A program made the translations under genes and the position numbers. Positions 1 to 9,129 of a stretch of 64,000 nucleotides of DNA are shown one piece after another. Every line of letters starts with the position of its first letter. The first letter of the stretch is position 1. Under the pieces are notes generated by a model that had not been told where the DNA came from, made no database searches, and saw only the letters and a program-made list of their open reading frames with translations. This stretch comes from a virus, in the IMG/VR virus record IMGVR_UViG_3300025318_000007, positions 1-64,000 of that record. One strand, given 5' to 3'.

Positions 1-201
1 CGATGAGGTCGGATAAAGCTCATTGGTCCCCACCGTCTCGATATTCCGCATTTGCTCGAAGTGCTGTTTTTGCCACATACGCCGACCCCCCGTCTCGCCC
101 CGTATCGACTTTCTCATCGTACCCTTGACTGGCCTGGTCCGGCGAAAGTTCACCGTGTCTTTAGCCTCAGCCTGAATTTCCTCGATTTTGAAAGTTTGCA
201 T
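1..201 (-). CDS. hypothetical protein (5' part; gene runs off left edge)
   Basis: ATG at 201-199 preceded by AAGGAG 9 nt upstream on minus strand; frame stays open to position 1; not in ORF track because no stop inside window. Confidence 0.4.
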   Translation of the reverse strand, partial: MQTFKIEEIQAEAKDTVNFRRTRPVKGTMRKSIRGETGGRRMWQKQHFEQMRNIETVGTNELYPTSS

Positions 202-228
202 TGCCCTGTCTCCTTTTCCTTTTCGGCG

Positions 229-576
229 TTATAGCCCGAATTCGATGGCCTCTGCCTCTACCTGCGTCAGTACCTTTTTCGGCCGCCCCACCATCGTCAT
301 TTTGCCCACCCCGTTGAATCTGGGCAACCCCATTTTGTTAACGACGGTGACCACCCGCGAATAAGCCTGCGTGCGATCTTTAACCGTTGGGAACTTGGCC
401 ATTACCTCTTTGGCGAGATCGGCCATATAGATCGCCTCGCCCTCTGGCAACTGAGTTAGGGTTGCCCTGATATAGGCAGTTATGCCCTCGCCCTTTATGG
501 CCTTTATTTCAAGGCCTTCAATTTTTGTGGTTTCCATCGATATCTCCCTTCGATTATTAATGGCCAATGATCTCAT
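229..576 (-). CDS. hypothetical protein
   Basis: ORF track; internal Met (METTKIEG, about 537) has AAGGGAG RBS 7 nt upstream and is the more likely start. Confidence 0.5.
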   Translation of the reverse strand: MRSLAINNRREISMETTKIEGLEIKAIKGEGITAYIRATLTQLPEGEAIYMADLAKEVMAKFPTVKDRTQAYSRVVTVVNKMGLPRFNGVGKMTMVGRPKKVLTQVEAEAIEFGL

Positions 577-597
577 CCCCTGCCCGCCCCCCGCCCT

Positions 598-764
598 TAG
601 AACTTCGGTGGTGTGTAACGCTTAATAAAAGCCGCCCACTCAGTGGGGCTTAAATTTGAGAACACGGTTATCTCGCCCTTTTCCCCCTCCTTGAGAATCA
701 AGAATTTGCCCCTCGCGATTTCTTCACTCGCCGCCTTTATAGTCAGTGGGTGATTCTTCTTCAT
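598..764 (-). CDS. small hypothetical protein (55 aa)
   Basis: Hand-translated minus-strand ORF MKKNHPLTIKAASEEIARGKFLILKEGEKGEITVFSNLSPTEWAAFIKRYTPPKF with GAGGG RBS 5 nt upstream; below 60-aa track cutoff. Confidence 0.35.
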
Positions 765-814
765 TTTTCCCTCACTTTCAAATTCATTATATCATGGGGG
801 CCTTAATCCCCCCG

Positions 815-862
815 CAACCTTTAGAACGATCCATCGATCTTAAGCAACCTTTTAGCGATCTT
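815..862. repeat. imperfect direct repeat caacctttagaacgatc / caaccttttagcgatc in 420-bp non-coding region
   Basis: seen directly in sequence 815-832 and 845-861; region 765-1181 lacks credible ORFs. Confidence 0.35.
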
Positions 863-1181
863 TAACCTTTGTCCTTTATATTGTTTTATCTATATGCTTA
901 CCCTTATTCGATGTACCTCTAGAAGGACTACTATTCACATTCTCTTTATTTATTGTGCTTATTATAGGATAAAACGATGGATTGATCGAGCAAAAAGGCG
1001 ATTATTTTTTCTCTAAAATTGTGAGATAGGGGTTGATGGAATCCCTCGATATTTCCCTTTGCTTCTGTGAGGGTAGGGAGGGGGTAAGAGATACGAGACT
1101 ATGTAACTAGTAAAGCTGCAGGGATGCACGTCGAAAGCTCTCCGCTATTTTTCTGCTAGTGATATGGCGAGGTGACGTGAT

Positions 1182-1382
1182 CTACTGAATCGATGTATGA
1201 TCAGGTGTACAACACTGCTTTCTCGTCCAGCAGCTGATGCAGTAGCTCTTGTTGCAGCTCAGGCAACTGTAGAAAGGGAGAGGTCTCTTGTGTCTTTGTT
1301 GGATTAGACCGATGGGGTATAGCGCTATCCAATCACACGTTTCTACTTCTGGTAGACCTTTGAAGCATCTAGCGCATTTCAC
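1182..1382 (-). CDS. Cys-rich small protein (possible zinc ribbon)
   Basis: ORF track; start codon abuts stop of upstream gene (TAGTGTGAAATG); 10 Cys in 66 aa. Confidence 0.3.
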   Translation of the reverse strand: MKCARCFKGLPEVETCDWIALYPIGLIQQRHKRPLPFYSCLSCNKSYCISCWTRKQCCTPDHTSIQ

Positions 1383-1383
1383 A

Positions 1384-1947
1384 CTAATAGGTCCTGGTAC
1401 CGTCCATCGCTGCTTTGCCTCCGTCGCCCCAAACTCCTACTCTGCCAGTCTCTTGGAGTAGTCGAAAGGTTTTCACAACAGCAAAGTCAGTGATCGCGAC
1501 AAACTCGAACTCCATACCCGCACCGAAGTCTCGCAAGCCCTTTAACACGATATCGCGTAGCTCTGTAACCGTTACCTCCTGTAAGGTTTTGGCTAATATG
1601 TATTCAGTGATGAGCGTCATAGCATAAGCGCTAATCGTGTTATTTGGTTCTTGCATCCGCATAAACGAATCCAGTGGACTACTAACGCGAAATCCTATCG
1701 ATGCAGCGAGTGATATTGCATGCCGATCTCTGGTGGAAATGGTTTGAAGGGTAGTAGTTGCGATGCGCATCCGAGTATTGACGATTATAAATTCATCGAG
1801 ATACGGAAAGCGAAGATGTAGTCCAGGGCCGAGCGGTCTGGTGAACTTCCCTAGCCGAATACGAATAGCAACTTCCCAGGGGACTACGATTACCCATGGG
1901 ATTACACCGCGCAAGAACTCAACGAGCCATTGAAAGAATGTATTCAT
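1384..1947 (-). CDS. SPFH/band-7 (stomatin/prohibitin-like) domain membrane protein
   Basis: N-terminal hydrophobic segment WVIVVPW then pattern VAIRIRLGKFTRPLGPGLHLRFPYLDEFIIVNTRMRIATTTLQTISTRDRHAISL typical of SPFH fold. Confidence 0.5.
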   Translation of the reverse strand: MNTFFQWLVEFLRGVIPWVIVVPWEVAIRIRLGKFTRPLGPGLHLRFPYLDEFIIVNTRMRIATTTLQTISTRDRHAISLAASIGFRVSSPLDSFMRMQEPNNTISAYAMTLITEYILAKTLQEVTVTELRDIVLKGLRDFGAGMEFEFVAITDFAVVKTFRLLQETGRVGVWGDGGKAAMDGTRTY

Positions 1948-1959
1948 TTGACTATATGC

Positions 1960-2346
1960 CTACAGCACTCTTTGTAGTTCTGGGTGTGGTTCCTCGTATC
2001 GAACTCCATTTATCTTGAACCACTCTTTTGATTCATGTAGCTCAAACTCTTGTATCATTTGAAAGACGAAGGCGATTAGCTTGTCCCTGCTCAGGTTGGG
2101 TGGCGTCTCTCTCCTAAGGTATACGGTTGTACGCTTGGAGTTATCGTCTACATCGATTACTGATACCTCTAATTCTATGGACAGACTGCCGAACACATTG
2201 GCTGTCCTGAGCGCGTGCCCCCGCTTGTAGCTAATGCTACTTAGGACGTCTCTGATCTCGTTTACGTGCATGTTCGCTTTTACGATGAATAATGATGGTT
2301 GCCCGGTGATGTCCCACTGCCAGTAGATCTTCGAGCTCAGGAGCAT
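1960..2346 (-). CDS. hypothetical protein
   Basis: ORF track, operon context; possible internal start at MHVNEIRD. Confidence 0.4.
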   Translation of the reverse strand: MLLSSKIYWQWDITGQPSLFIVKANMHVNEIRDVLSSISYKRGHALRTANVFGSLSIELEVSVIDVDDNSKRTTVYLRRETPPNLSRDKLIAFVFQMIQEFELHESKEWFKINGVRYEEPHPELQRVL

Positions 2347-2427
2347 TTTCGAGGTCTTCTAATACTACTCCCCGACCACAGGGACGTATGTAAATGATTC
2401 CCTTGTACTCGAATTCATTTTCCATAT

Positions 2428-2712
2428 TCAGTACCACTTGCTGGAGGGTGTCGGTCGTAGTACCACCGATGCCCCATTCAAGAGGTCTTTGTAGTAGGGA
2501 GATCGCGCTAGCTCTACCCAATCCATCGGTGGTGGTGCAAAGCTCATTGCTACAAGATAGACTGGTAAGTGCTGGCTGAACAGTAATGTACCTCGAAGGT
2601 CCCCCAGAGTACTAATCCTTTTGTACTCTCTCGGATCGAGACCAGCATCTCTGCAGAAGTCATGAAAGATTCGTTCTTTGGGGGCTACGATGAAACCTTT
2701 CATTCCTTCCAA
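2428..2712 (-). CDS. hypothetical protein
   Basis: ORF track; overlaps alternative-frame ORF 2237..2521, gene boundaries here uncertain. Confidence 0.35.
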   Translation of the reverse strand: MEGMKGFIVAPKERIFHDFCRDAGLDPREYKRISTLGDLRGTLLFSQHLPVYLVAMSFAPPPMDWVELARSPYYKDLLNGASVVLRPTPSSKWY

Positions 2713-2969
2713 TGCTCCTTATCATATCTGAGCGCGAATACTGTTGCTTCAGTTCGAGTGGGCGCGGGGTGCCAGTGACCCCTCCCTACAGCTATCCAAC
2801 CCATATAGCTCTCCATAACAACGATGGAGTTATATTCGATGTGGCCTGGGTCTACTGAACTCCGCTCTGGTTTGATTTGTACCCGCGTACCATCGATGTA
2901 TCCGTAGTCAAAGACCACCTCGTTTGTTTCCACCGCACTTAATGCAGATCGTTCCTCCCCAATACACAT
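2700..2969 (-). CDS. hypothetical protein
   Basis: ORF track, operon context. Confidence 0.4.
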   Translation of the reverse strand: MCIGEERSALSAVETNEVVFDYGYIDGTRVQIKPERSSVDPGHIEYNSIVVMESYMGWIAVGRGHWHPAPTRTEATVFALRYDKEHWKE

Positions 2970-3117
2970 CGCTTACCTGTAGTGCTGGTGGATGCGTGCA
3001 TCCCGCGAGCTTCTGCTCTTTAGCACGTTTGAGGTAAGGTTTGACTACGGCGAACCAGAGCACTACAAGAAGTATAAAAACATACCAACCAACGATGATA
3101 GCAATCATCGAATTCAT
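2908..3117 (-). CDS. small membrane protein
   Basis: strong TM helix IAIIVGWYVFILLVVLWFAVV. Confidence 0.4.
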   Translation of the reverse strand: MNSMIAIIVGWYVFILLVVLWFAVVKPYLKRAKEQKLAGCTHPPALQVSDVYWGGTICIKCGGNKRGGL

Positions 3118-3133
3118 TTCTTAACTCCTATTC

Positions 3134-3334
3134 CTACGGAGCGATTAATGTCTTATTGATCAACCTCTGCAGTGACTTCTCGAACTTGTATGCATCACAA
3201 TGCATCGGTAACCAAATTGTTCCCTCGATGATGCAATTCTCTGCATGGCCCCCGTACTCGATACGGTACATCCTCCAATTATCCATATCCCTCGGAGGAC
3301 GTTGCACCATTTGCTCGACGAGTGAAACTCTCAT
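3134..3334 (-). CDS. hypothetical protein
   Basis: ORF track. Confidence 0.4.
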   Translation of the reverse strand: MRVSLVEQMVQRPPRDMDNWRMYRIEYGGHAENCIIEGTIWLPMHCDAYKFEKSLQRLINKTLIAP

Positions 3335-3552
3335 ACAAACCTTCCGCCTTTTTGTCGACGAAAGCCATGTTCACTTCGAAGGGCATCAGTCCGCATCATC
3401 GCGCAAGCGTGCACGTTATCAACAAAGCCTCGATCAGAAACTTGCGCGATATGATAGCTCTCAGCGAGTAGTCTGAAACCCTGTGCGGCCAGCTCGTTAA
3501 CTTTCTTCTCGAACTCGGTTAAGTTCGAGTCTGAAACAAATCGGTACTCCAT
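3331..3552 (-). CDS. hypothetical protein
   Basis: ORF track, 4-nt overlap coupling. Confidence 0.4.
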   Translation of the reverse strand: MEYRFVSDSNLTEFEKKVNELAAQGFRLLAESYHIAQVSDRGFVDNVHACAMMRTDALRSEHGFRRQKGGRFV

Positions 3553-3818
3553 TACTTCTTCTTTCTTCTAACTCGTATGGCCTTTGTTGCGAGCACCTTG
3601 TAACTATGGAGTTCTTCGAGGAAATTCTCTTTGATTTCCCCCACATCGATTTCCATATACTCCTCGCTATTCCAAACCTCAAATGGACCTATTCGGATTT
3701 CTTGATAATTTGGACTCCATCGAAAATGCACACATGGGATAGTGCTCAAATCACTTGTATGCTCTATCCAATAAGTGAGATTCTCGACAACTTCTACCAA
3801 CTGATCAACTGTGACCAT
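3552..3818 (-). CDS. hypothetical protein
   Basis: ORF track. Confidence 0.4.
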   Translation of the reverse strand: MVTVDQLVEVVENLTYWIEHTSDLSTIPCVHFRWSPNYQEIRIGPFEVWNSEEYMEIDVGEIKENFLEELHSYKVLATKAIRVRRKKK

Positions 3819-3838
3819 CGGTCACCTCCTGTAACTCT

Positions 3839-4060
3839 TCAGTATTGGAAGGTTCGCTCTTTATTTGTTAATGGAGGATTAGAAGCTGCTTCTACCTCCG
3901 TTACGCAAGTCCAACTACCTGGGGCGTATGCTTTGATAATCCGCCTAGATGATGCTACTGGGCCTGTTAAGAACAGCAATGTTCCATCTCTGATAATAAT
4001 TTCATCAGCAGTAACCTCGATTGGACAGGAGATCGAACTCACTACATTATACTTTTTCAT
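3839..4060 (-). CDS. hypothetical protein
   Basis: ORF track. Confidence 0.4.
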   Translation of the reverse strand: MKKYNVVSSISCPIEVTADEIIIRDGTLLFLTGPVASSRRIIKAYAPGSWTCVTEVEAASNPPLTNKERTFQY

Positions 4061-4406
4061 CCTGATCCCCTATCTGCTCTCCAATTTGCTCTAACTCTTT
4101 CTCCAATTGTTCTTTCTGCGCGAGAATTGCAGCTACAGTGGAGATCTTCGCTTGGTTCTCCTTGCTAGCATATTCAACAGTTGGTATCCATCGAAGCTGA
4201 TAGCCACTCTCGTATGCTCTCATGTCAAAACAATCGACGCAGAGAGGGGCTCCATCTTCCCACACTGAACGATCGCTGAGCATATACCATAACGATGGGG
4301 GTGATTGCCATACCTGTCTTACCTGTCTACCGCAATCATGGCAGTACTCGTGGAGTAGAAAGTGCCGAGAGAAAAAGTTCTTAAGCCTTAGCCTTAATTT
4401 TTTCAT
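4047..4406 (-). CDS. zinc-ribbon plus coiled-coil protein
   Basis: CHDC....CVDC pair then QKEQLEKELEQIGEQIG helix. Confidence 0.45.
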   Translation of the reverse strand: MKKLRLRLKNFFSRHFLLHEYCHDCGRQVRQVWQSPPSLWYMLSDRSVWEDGAPLCVDCFDMRAYESGYQLRWIPTVEYASKENQAKISTVAAILAQKEQLEKELEQIGEQIGDQDEKV

Positions 4407-4647
4407 CGGGGCACTGTGGTGGATATCCTGCTGTCAGGGTAACCCATGCGCCATCGACAATCTTGTCAATCGCTTCATGCAACGTCTGCCTGAATTCAGT
4501 ATCCATAAAGTAATTCGCGATAACCTCTTGCTTATCTAGTGGAGATTCTTTTTCGAGGGGAAGAGGAGAACATCTACCCTTACCACCAGCATAGCCGCAG
4601 TAATGAATATGACACTCTCTATCAGGTTGTTCAACGCACTTGCTCAT
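4381..4647 (-). CDS. hypothetical protein
   Basis: ORF track. Confidence 0.4.
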   Translation of the reverse strand: MSKCVEQPDRECHIHYCGYAGGKGRCSPLPLEKESPLDKQEVIANYFMDTEFRQTLHEAIDKIVDGAWVTLTAGYPPQCPDEKIKAKA

Positions 4648-4892
4648 TTTCTCAATGGTTCGATCTTTCTAGCTACTGCAAGGAAGCATTTAGTTAGAGG
4701 TTCATGCAGCTCATCTAATCCAACGCTCCTAGCAATCCAGCGAGCTTCGATAATGCAATCTTTGATCTTGATCAGCCTTTCCCTTTCGAGCAGCAGTTCA
4801 AACTCAGGATCCTTATTTACGACTTCATTGTTCTCATCAACTCGCAAAATTCCCTTTAACGCCATTTCGCGCTTTAATGCAGGTAAACTCAT
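4644..4892 (-). CDS. hypothetical protein
   Basis: ORF track. Confidence 0.4.
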   Translation of the reverse strand: MSLPALKREMALKGILRVDENNEVVNKDPEFELLLERERLIKIKDCIIEARWIARSVGLDELHEPLTKCFLAVARKIEPLRK

Positions 4893-4913
4893 TAGTACTC
4901 CCCTTCATGAAAT

Positions 4914-5225
4914 TTATCCTTTTTGCACGCTCATGAACTTCCAGTGCTTTGGGTTGATGCATCGAGCTGTCTTTATGTCTAAGTGAGAACCATCGAAAAG
5001 ACATCCATTATAAGTACTCACTACCCGATCGTGTACTTTCTTGAAGTTGTTCATCGTGAGCTGATCAGCATCTTCCTTTACTAATGCGAGCCCGCGCATA
5101 TCAAGCTCACCCTCTTCGCTGATAGCATCGCGGTAACCCGCTTGTTTAAGTTTATGTTTGATTTCGTTATAGGCGAGCTCGCTTAATGCGAGTAAAGCAT
5201 AGGTATATGTGTGTGTACGGCTCAT
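4914..5225 (-). CDS. hypothetical protein
   Basis: ORF track. Confidence 0.4.
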   Translation of the reverse strand: MSRTHTYTYALLALSELAYNEIKHKLKQAGYRDAISEEGELDMRGLALVKEDADQLTMNNFKKVHDRVVSTYNGCLFDGSHLDIKTARCINPKHWKFMSVQKG

Positions 5226-5331
5226 TGGTAATTCTTAAATCCTCCTGCGGGTCTAATGTCTTCCATCTTGTTGTAGAGATTAACAGCAAAACTCCAGATG
5301 GAATCGCCAAATTGACGTAGGAACAGTACTT

Positions 5332-5520
5332 TTATTTGACGAAGTCGATCTCGAATCCACGTTTTTTGCACCAAGAAATGAGATTGTCGATGGATTGTCC
5401 CTTGAATGCTGCTAAGATTGGGGCAGCTTCTACAATGGTGTGAGAGAGCCCAACACCCACGGCAGCAACAAACGATGGACTTACCACTCTCAACCATACA
5501 ATAGCGTCTCGCATCTCCAT
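5332..5520 (-). CDS. hypothetical protein
   Basis: protein-like composition unlike the overlapping 214-aa Cys-rich ORF; GAGGAA upstream. Confidence 0.35.
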   Translation of the reverse strand: MEMRDAIVWLRVVSPSFVAAVGVGLSHTIVEAAPILAAFKGQSIDNLISWCKKRGFEIDFVK

Positions 5521-5554
5521 GACTTATAATATTCCTCGAAGGGAGATGATTTAA

Positions 5555-5902
5555 ATGATAAAGAACGTTAATGACACACTGACTCAGGGGATAAATACTC
5601 TTGTACCCCCCATTGCAGTGAAACATCGAGAAATAAATGTTACAGATGTAGGTGTTGGACTCACAACGGGAGTACAATTTACCTTCATCGACGTTAACAA
5701 CGATGACAACAAGGATGACGTGTTTGTCGTTGTTGGACTCACTGTTCCTTCTACGGACGTGAACAACGGAGCCATTCGGTTGAAGCCGAAAGAGTCTCTG
5801 GAACTTGTTCGCAATCAAATACCCGACAACACAAAAGCACTCGCATTTCAAACTGTAGTGGGTCAAGCGGCTGTTGTTCGTGTGTTATGGGGAGAAGAAT
5901 AA
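5555..5902 (+). CDS. hypothetical protein (only credible plus-strand gene in window)
   Basis: AAGGGAG RBS 9 nt upstream, TATAAT at 5525-5530; protein-like composition; opposing minus ORFs 5222..5866 and 5584..5814 look spurious. Confidence 0.45.
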   Translation: MIKNVNDTLTQGINTLVPPIAVKHREINVTDVGVGLTTGVQFTFIDVNNDDNKDDVFVVVGLTVPSTDVNNGAIRLKPKESLELVRNQIPDNTKALAFQTVVGQAAVVRVLWGEE

Positions 5903-5905
5903 CCA

Positions 5906-6187
5906 TCAGATCTGTCCAGTCTTAACTCCCTCTTCATAGAACTCTTTACGAATCTGGAACTCATGATTGATCGCTATCATTTGATCGAACATGGGTTCTG
6001 GCTTCCCTGCGGTACCTTGAAAGAGATCGTTCATCTCCTTGAGCTGCTCTTCACACTTACCCTCTTTCCAGAAAGCTAAGTGATGAATGCGGTCATAGAA
6101 CTCCAACATCTTTTCACGCAGGTCATCAACCTTCACGCGCATTTCTTCTTTTACTTGTTCCAAAGTCATATGTAACTCCTTGGGCAT
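5906..6187 (-). CDS. hypothetical protein
   Basis: ORF track. Confidence 0.45.
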   Translation of the reverse strand: MPKELHMTLEQVKEEMRVKVDDLREKMLEFYDRIHHLAFWKEGKCEEQLKEMNDLFQGTAGKPEPMFDQMIAINHEFQIRKEFYEEGVKTGQI

Positions 6188-6204
6188 CTGAATTGAATTG
6201 ATGT

Positions 6205-6915
6205 TCAGGAAGGCTCATTGAAGTTTTCCTTATGGTAATCAGCATAGCTGGTAGTTTTAGTATGCATTATTTGATGCAGGTCATCGATGCACACTGGGGT
6301 TAAATCGTTGTTATCAACTCCAACATCCCATCTCTTACCCGGAGCTCTACAACTACCATGCGAATGTCCGTGCAAGTGCCAACTACCGTAATGACTTTGA
6401 TTCCAAACCAACATCGGATAATGCAAAAGAGTAATACGAGGAGTACCTTGAGGTTTAAGTTCTAGGTAGGGTATCATGGCATCGAACCGAAGCTTTGCTG
6501 CGCGGGGGAAGTTCTTCCCATGATGGTCGTGGTTGCCGTAGATGAGTGTGATGTGTCCCTTAAGTGCAGCTAAAATCTCATCAGTACGTTGCTTATTCGC
6601 AAATGAGAAGTCTCCGAGATGATAGATTATGTCTTTGGGACCCACAACTGAATTCCACTTCTGAATCAACTCCTGATCCATCTCATCAATAGTAGCGAAC
6701 TGTGGCCGATACCTCTCCAAGCGGATCATCAGTCGATGTCCAAAATGCGTATCAGCTGTAAAGAAGATATTACCCACCGAACTTCTCTTTGACATCGCAC
6801 GTCTGACACATGATGGCGTCAGAGTCTTTGAATGTCTCATACGATTCACCACATTCGGTGCAGTCTCGAACTTCAAACTTCCGAGAGTACTTAGCAAGCA
6901 AGTCCGGCCAATCAC
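6205..6915 (-). CDS. metallophosphoesterase (calcineurin-like)
   Basis: motifs TADTHFGH, HLGDFSF, YGNHDHH, HLHGHSHG; likely true start MSKRSSVGN about 6795. Confidence 0.75.
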   Translation of the reverse strand: MIGRTCLLSTLGSLKFETAPNVVNRMRHSKTLTPSCVRRAMSKRSSVGNIFFTADTHFGHRLMIRLERYRPQFATIDEMDQELIQKWNSVVGPKDIIYHLGDFSFANKQRTDEILAALKGHITLIYGNHDHHGKNFPRAAKLRFDAMIPYLELKPQGTPRITLLHYPMLVWNQSHYGSWHLHGHSHGSCRAPGKRWDVGVDNNDLTPVCIDDLHQIMHTKTTSYADYHKENFNEPS

Positions 6916-7273
6916 CTCTTATGATGTAGCCTTCTTCTTTCTTTGGAAGGAAAGAAGAGCCCTTAGCCCAAAACGGAACAACGACACCACGAATGCGCTT
7001 AAGGTCCTCAAGAAACGATTTTTGAATGATTAGAAGATCGCCGCGCTCAGGAACGATTCCATGAGCTAACTTTAAACTGTCGAAGAAGTTTGTGGGTGCT
7101 CGAAGTTGCTCTAAGATGTTTAGCAACTTCTGTGAGGTGAAATTATCATAATCACCCTTCGATGTAGTTGCAGTCATTGTTAATAGCGATGTCATTAAAA
7201 CTCCTTCCCATGCATGTATGGTCTTCCGAGATTGTATTCCATCTTTGCGAGAACAGCTTCGGGGACTTTCCAA
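6770..7273 (-). CDS. hypothetical protein with C-terminal CxxC...CxxC zinc ribbon
   Basis: DCTECGESYETFKDSDAIMCQTCD; likely true start MTSLLTM about 7195 abutting MazG stop. Confidence 0.45.
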   Translation of the reverse strand: MESPRSCSRKDGIQSRKTIHAWEGVLMTSLLTMTATTSKGDYDNFTSQKLLNILEQLRAPTNFFDSLKLAHGIVPERGDLLIIQKSFLEDLKRIRGVVVPFWAKGSSFLPKKEEGYIIRGDWPDLLAKYSRKFEVRDCTECGESYETFKDSDAIMCQTCDVKEKFGG

Positions 7274-7650
7274 CCTCTAGCGTACGCGATGTCCATCATA
7301 CGAATAATGACATCCGCAAACTCAACCTCAACTCCTTTGAATTCTGGACAATGACTATCGGGAGGAAACTTATGACGGATGTTTTCTAGAGCCTCTGACA
7401 GCTCAGAATGTATTAATGCAATCATTTCACCGTCGTTGCGATCTTCTCCTTCTTTCCAGAAGCCCTTTTCGATAGCGTTCTCGTGAATGTCCTTAGCCAG
7501 TCTATAAAAACTGTGAACAAAAGAATCATCACTGACAATGGTAGTGAATTTCTTTTCAGTTTCCCATTTACTGTAAAGTATGGTACCAATAACAATCCCA
7601 ATTATAACACCAGCACACAACAGCACAAGGAAAGTAAGTGGAGTAATCAT
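7195..7650 (-). CDS. mazG: MazG-like nucleoside triphosphate pyrophosphohydrolase with N-terminal TM segment
   Basis: GEMIALIHSELSEALEN and EFADVIIRMMDIAYARGW helices match MazG/NTP-PPase all-alpha fold; N-terminal LTFLVLLCAGVIIGIVIGTIL hydrophobic. Confidence 0.7.
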   Translation of the reverse strand: MITPLTFLVLLCAGVIIGIVIGTILYSKWETEKKFTTIVSDDSFVHSFYRLAKDIHENAIEKGFWKEGEDRNDGEMIALIHSELSEALENIRHKFPPDSHCPEFKGVEVEFADVIIRMMDIAYARGWKVPEAVLAKMEYNLGRPYMHGKEF

Positions 7651-7874
7651 TGCTTATCCTTTTTCTCTTTTTGTTCGTCGATCGCTTTTGTAATAGTGGT
7701 GAGCACCGCGCGGTATTCAGTTACTACCCTGAGGATAGTTCCATTCTTCAAAAGCACTTTTGTGTTTGGATATGTATCTTCTAAACCAGCGATCTCTGAT
7801 AACCGGAAAGCACCAAAATGATCCCCCCGACCGTCGCTGTTCATAATCCGAAACTGAATGAAGTAGTTGTCCAT
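7647..7874 (-). CDS. hypothetical protein
   Basis: ORF track; ATGA overlap with downstream gene. Confidence 0.4.
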   Translation of the reverse strand: MDNYFIQFRIMNSDGRGDHFGAFRLSEIAGLEDTYPNTKVLLKNGTILRVVTEYRAVLTTITKAIDEQKEKKDKQ

Positions 7875-8129
7875 TACTTCTTCAGTTTACTGCTATTTTG
7901 CTTGTCGATGAAGACGTCCACGCAAATGCATCTCCGATCGAACTTATTGATTGGTCTCCGAAGACCCCTGTACCTCGGATGTAACGGACATTTTTTCAAG
8001 CTCATATTCTACTCTCCTTATTTCGTCCATAACTTGGACGTGATTTCCGGGTCAAAGTGCAGCTTCCAGAGCATACAAACTGAGGAGTGACATTTCTAGT
8101 TCTTTTGCTCTAGAAGCTTGCATGTTTAA

Positions 8130-8519
8130 TTACTCAGATACTATAACAGTACCCGTAGGTGCGTTCGGAACCGTCCCTGCACGGAAGTTAACTTCATTTG
8201 AAGGTCCCGACTCACCAAACTCATTCGCCGCGAAAGCAGCGCAAAACCAAGTACCAGATCCATCAATTGCTTCTTTAACCGGCATCCGTCTTGGCTTTGT
8301 CAAATCCCATACCGTTACTTTAGTGTAAGTCCCTGTTGCAGCACCGCACTTCATTCTGAACTCAGCAACATCACCGTCGTTGACTCCTGGTTCAGTACCC
8401 CTGCTCCAGTCCCAAGTCAAGACAGCTTTGTTGATATCTAAACTTAACACAGTCTGAGCTTGAGCTGCCCCCGTCAAGAAAAAGCCCAAGCATAGCGCTA
8501 ACAATAACTTCTTCAACAT
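8130..8519 (-). CDS. secreted protein (signal peptide, beta-rich)
   Basis: MLKKLLLALCLGFFLTGAAQAQ signal peptide. Confidence 0.5.
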   Translation of the reverse strand: MLKKLLLALCLGFFLTGAAQAQTVLSLDINKAVLTWDWSRGTEPGVNDGDVAEFRMKCGAATGTYTKVTVWDLTKPRRMPVKEAIDGSGTWFCAAFAANEFGESGPSNEVNFRAGTVPNAPTGTVIVSE

Positions 8520-8559
8520 TAAATGCTCCCTTCAATTTCATGAGTTTTGTCACTCCTGT

Positions 8560-9129
8560 CTATTTTAAAACGCCTTCGCGTTCCGATGGTATCTCCCACT
8601 GCCCCTCGTAGAATCTCTTATAGAATTCTGCGGGTGAGAGTCCCGATTCATCTCTCATTTTATAAATATCTTCCCTCCTACCATCAAATCTCGGCAATGT
8701 AAACGTTCGATAAAAGCATTGCCGTGCCCCAACTGAGTTATTAATGTAGATGCGATGCTCCATGACGATGGGCTCTGGGAGTTCACCTGCTGCAAAGAAA
8801 TCTGCGTCAATGGTTTCTTCTGTTTCTTTTAATAACCTTCCATTTATAACAGCACACCTGAAGATCATTGCCAAAGTACCGCTCATCCAATTAGGCTTAT
8901 ACGAAATGCCCACTACGTCATTGACGTGAACTCGCAATCCTGTTTCCTCAAACACCTCCCGGAGCACCGCTCCTTTTGGATCTTCTTTCTCCATCATACC
9001 CTGCTTGAGAAGTCGAAGCTTACTATCCACCATACCGCCTGGAAGACACCACACTTCAAAGTCTCTTCGTTTTGTTAAGAGAATTCGCCCAAAGGGATCT
9101 TCAACGATTGCGGCTACGGCGACTTTCAT
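8560..9129 (-). CDS. NUDIX hydrolase
   Basis: Nudix box GGMVD...EDPKGAVLREVFEETGL. Confidence 0.75.
   Translation of the reverse strand: MKVAVAAIVEDPFGRILLTKRRDFEVWCLPGGMVDSKLRLLKQGMMEKEDPKGAVLREVFEETGLRVHVNDVVGISYKPNWMSGTLAMIFRCAVINGRLLKETEETIDADFFAAGELPEPIVMEHRIYINNSVGARQCFYRTFTLPRFDGRREDIYKMRDESGLSPAEFYKRFYEGQWEIPSEREGVLK

Noticed and set aside
765-1181. Possible tRNA in non-coding region (ggttgatggaatccctc resembles a T-arm)
   Set aside because: No acceptor or anticodon stem pairing could be built by eye, and there is no CCA context. It is probably not a tRNA.
3606-4094. 162-aa plus-strand ORF
   Set aside because: It lies antisense across two tightly coupled minus-strand genes and has no RBS.
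5222-5866. 214-aa minus-strand ORF
   Set aside because: It is Cys/His-rich with a junk-like composition, and it overlaps a better plus-strand ORF and a protein-like minus ORF (5332..5520) in another frame.
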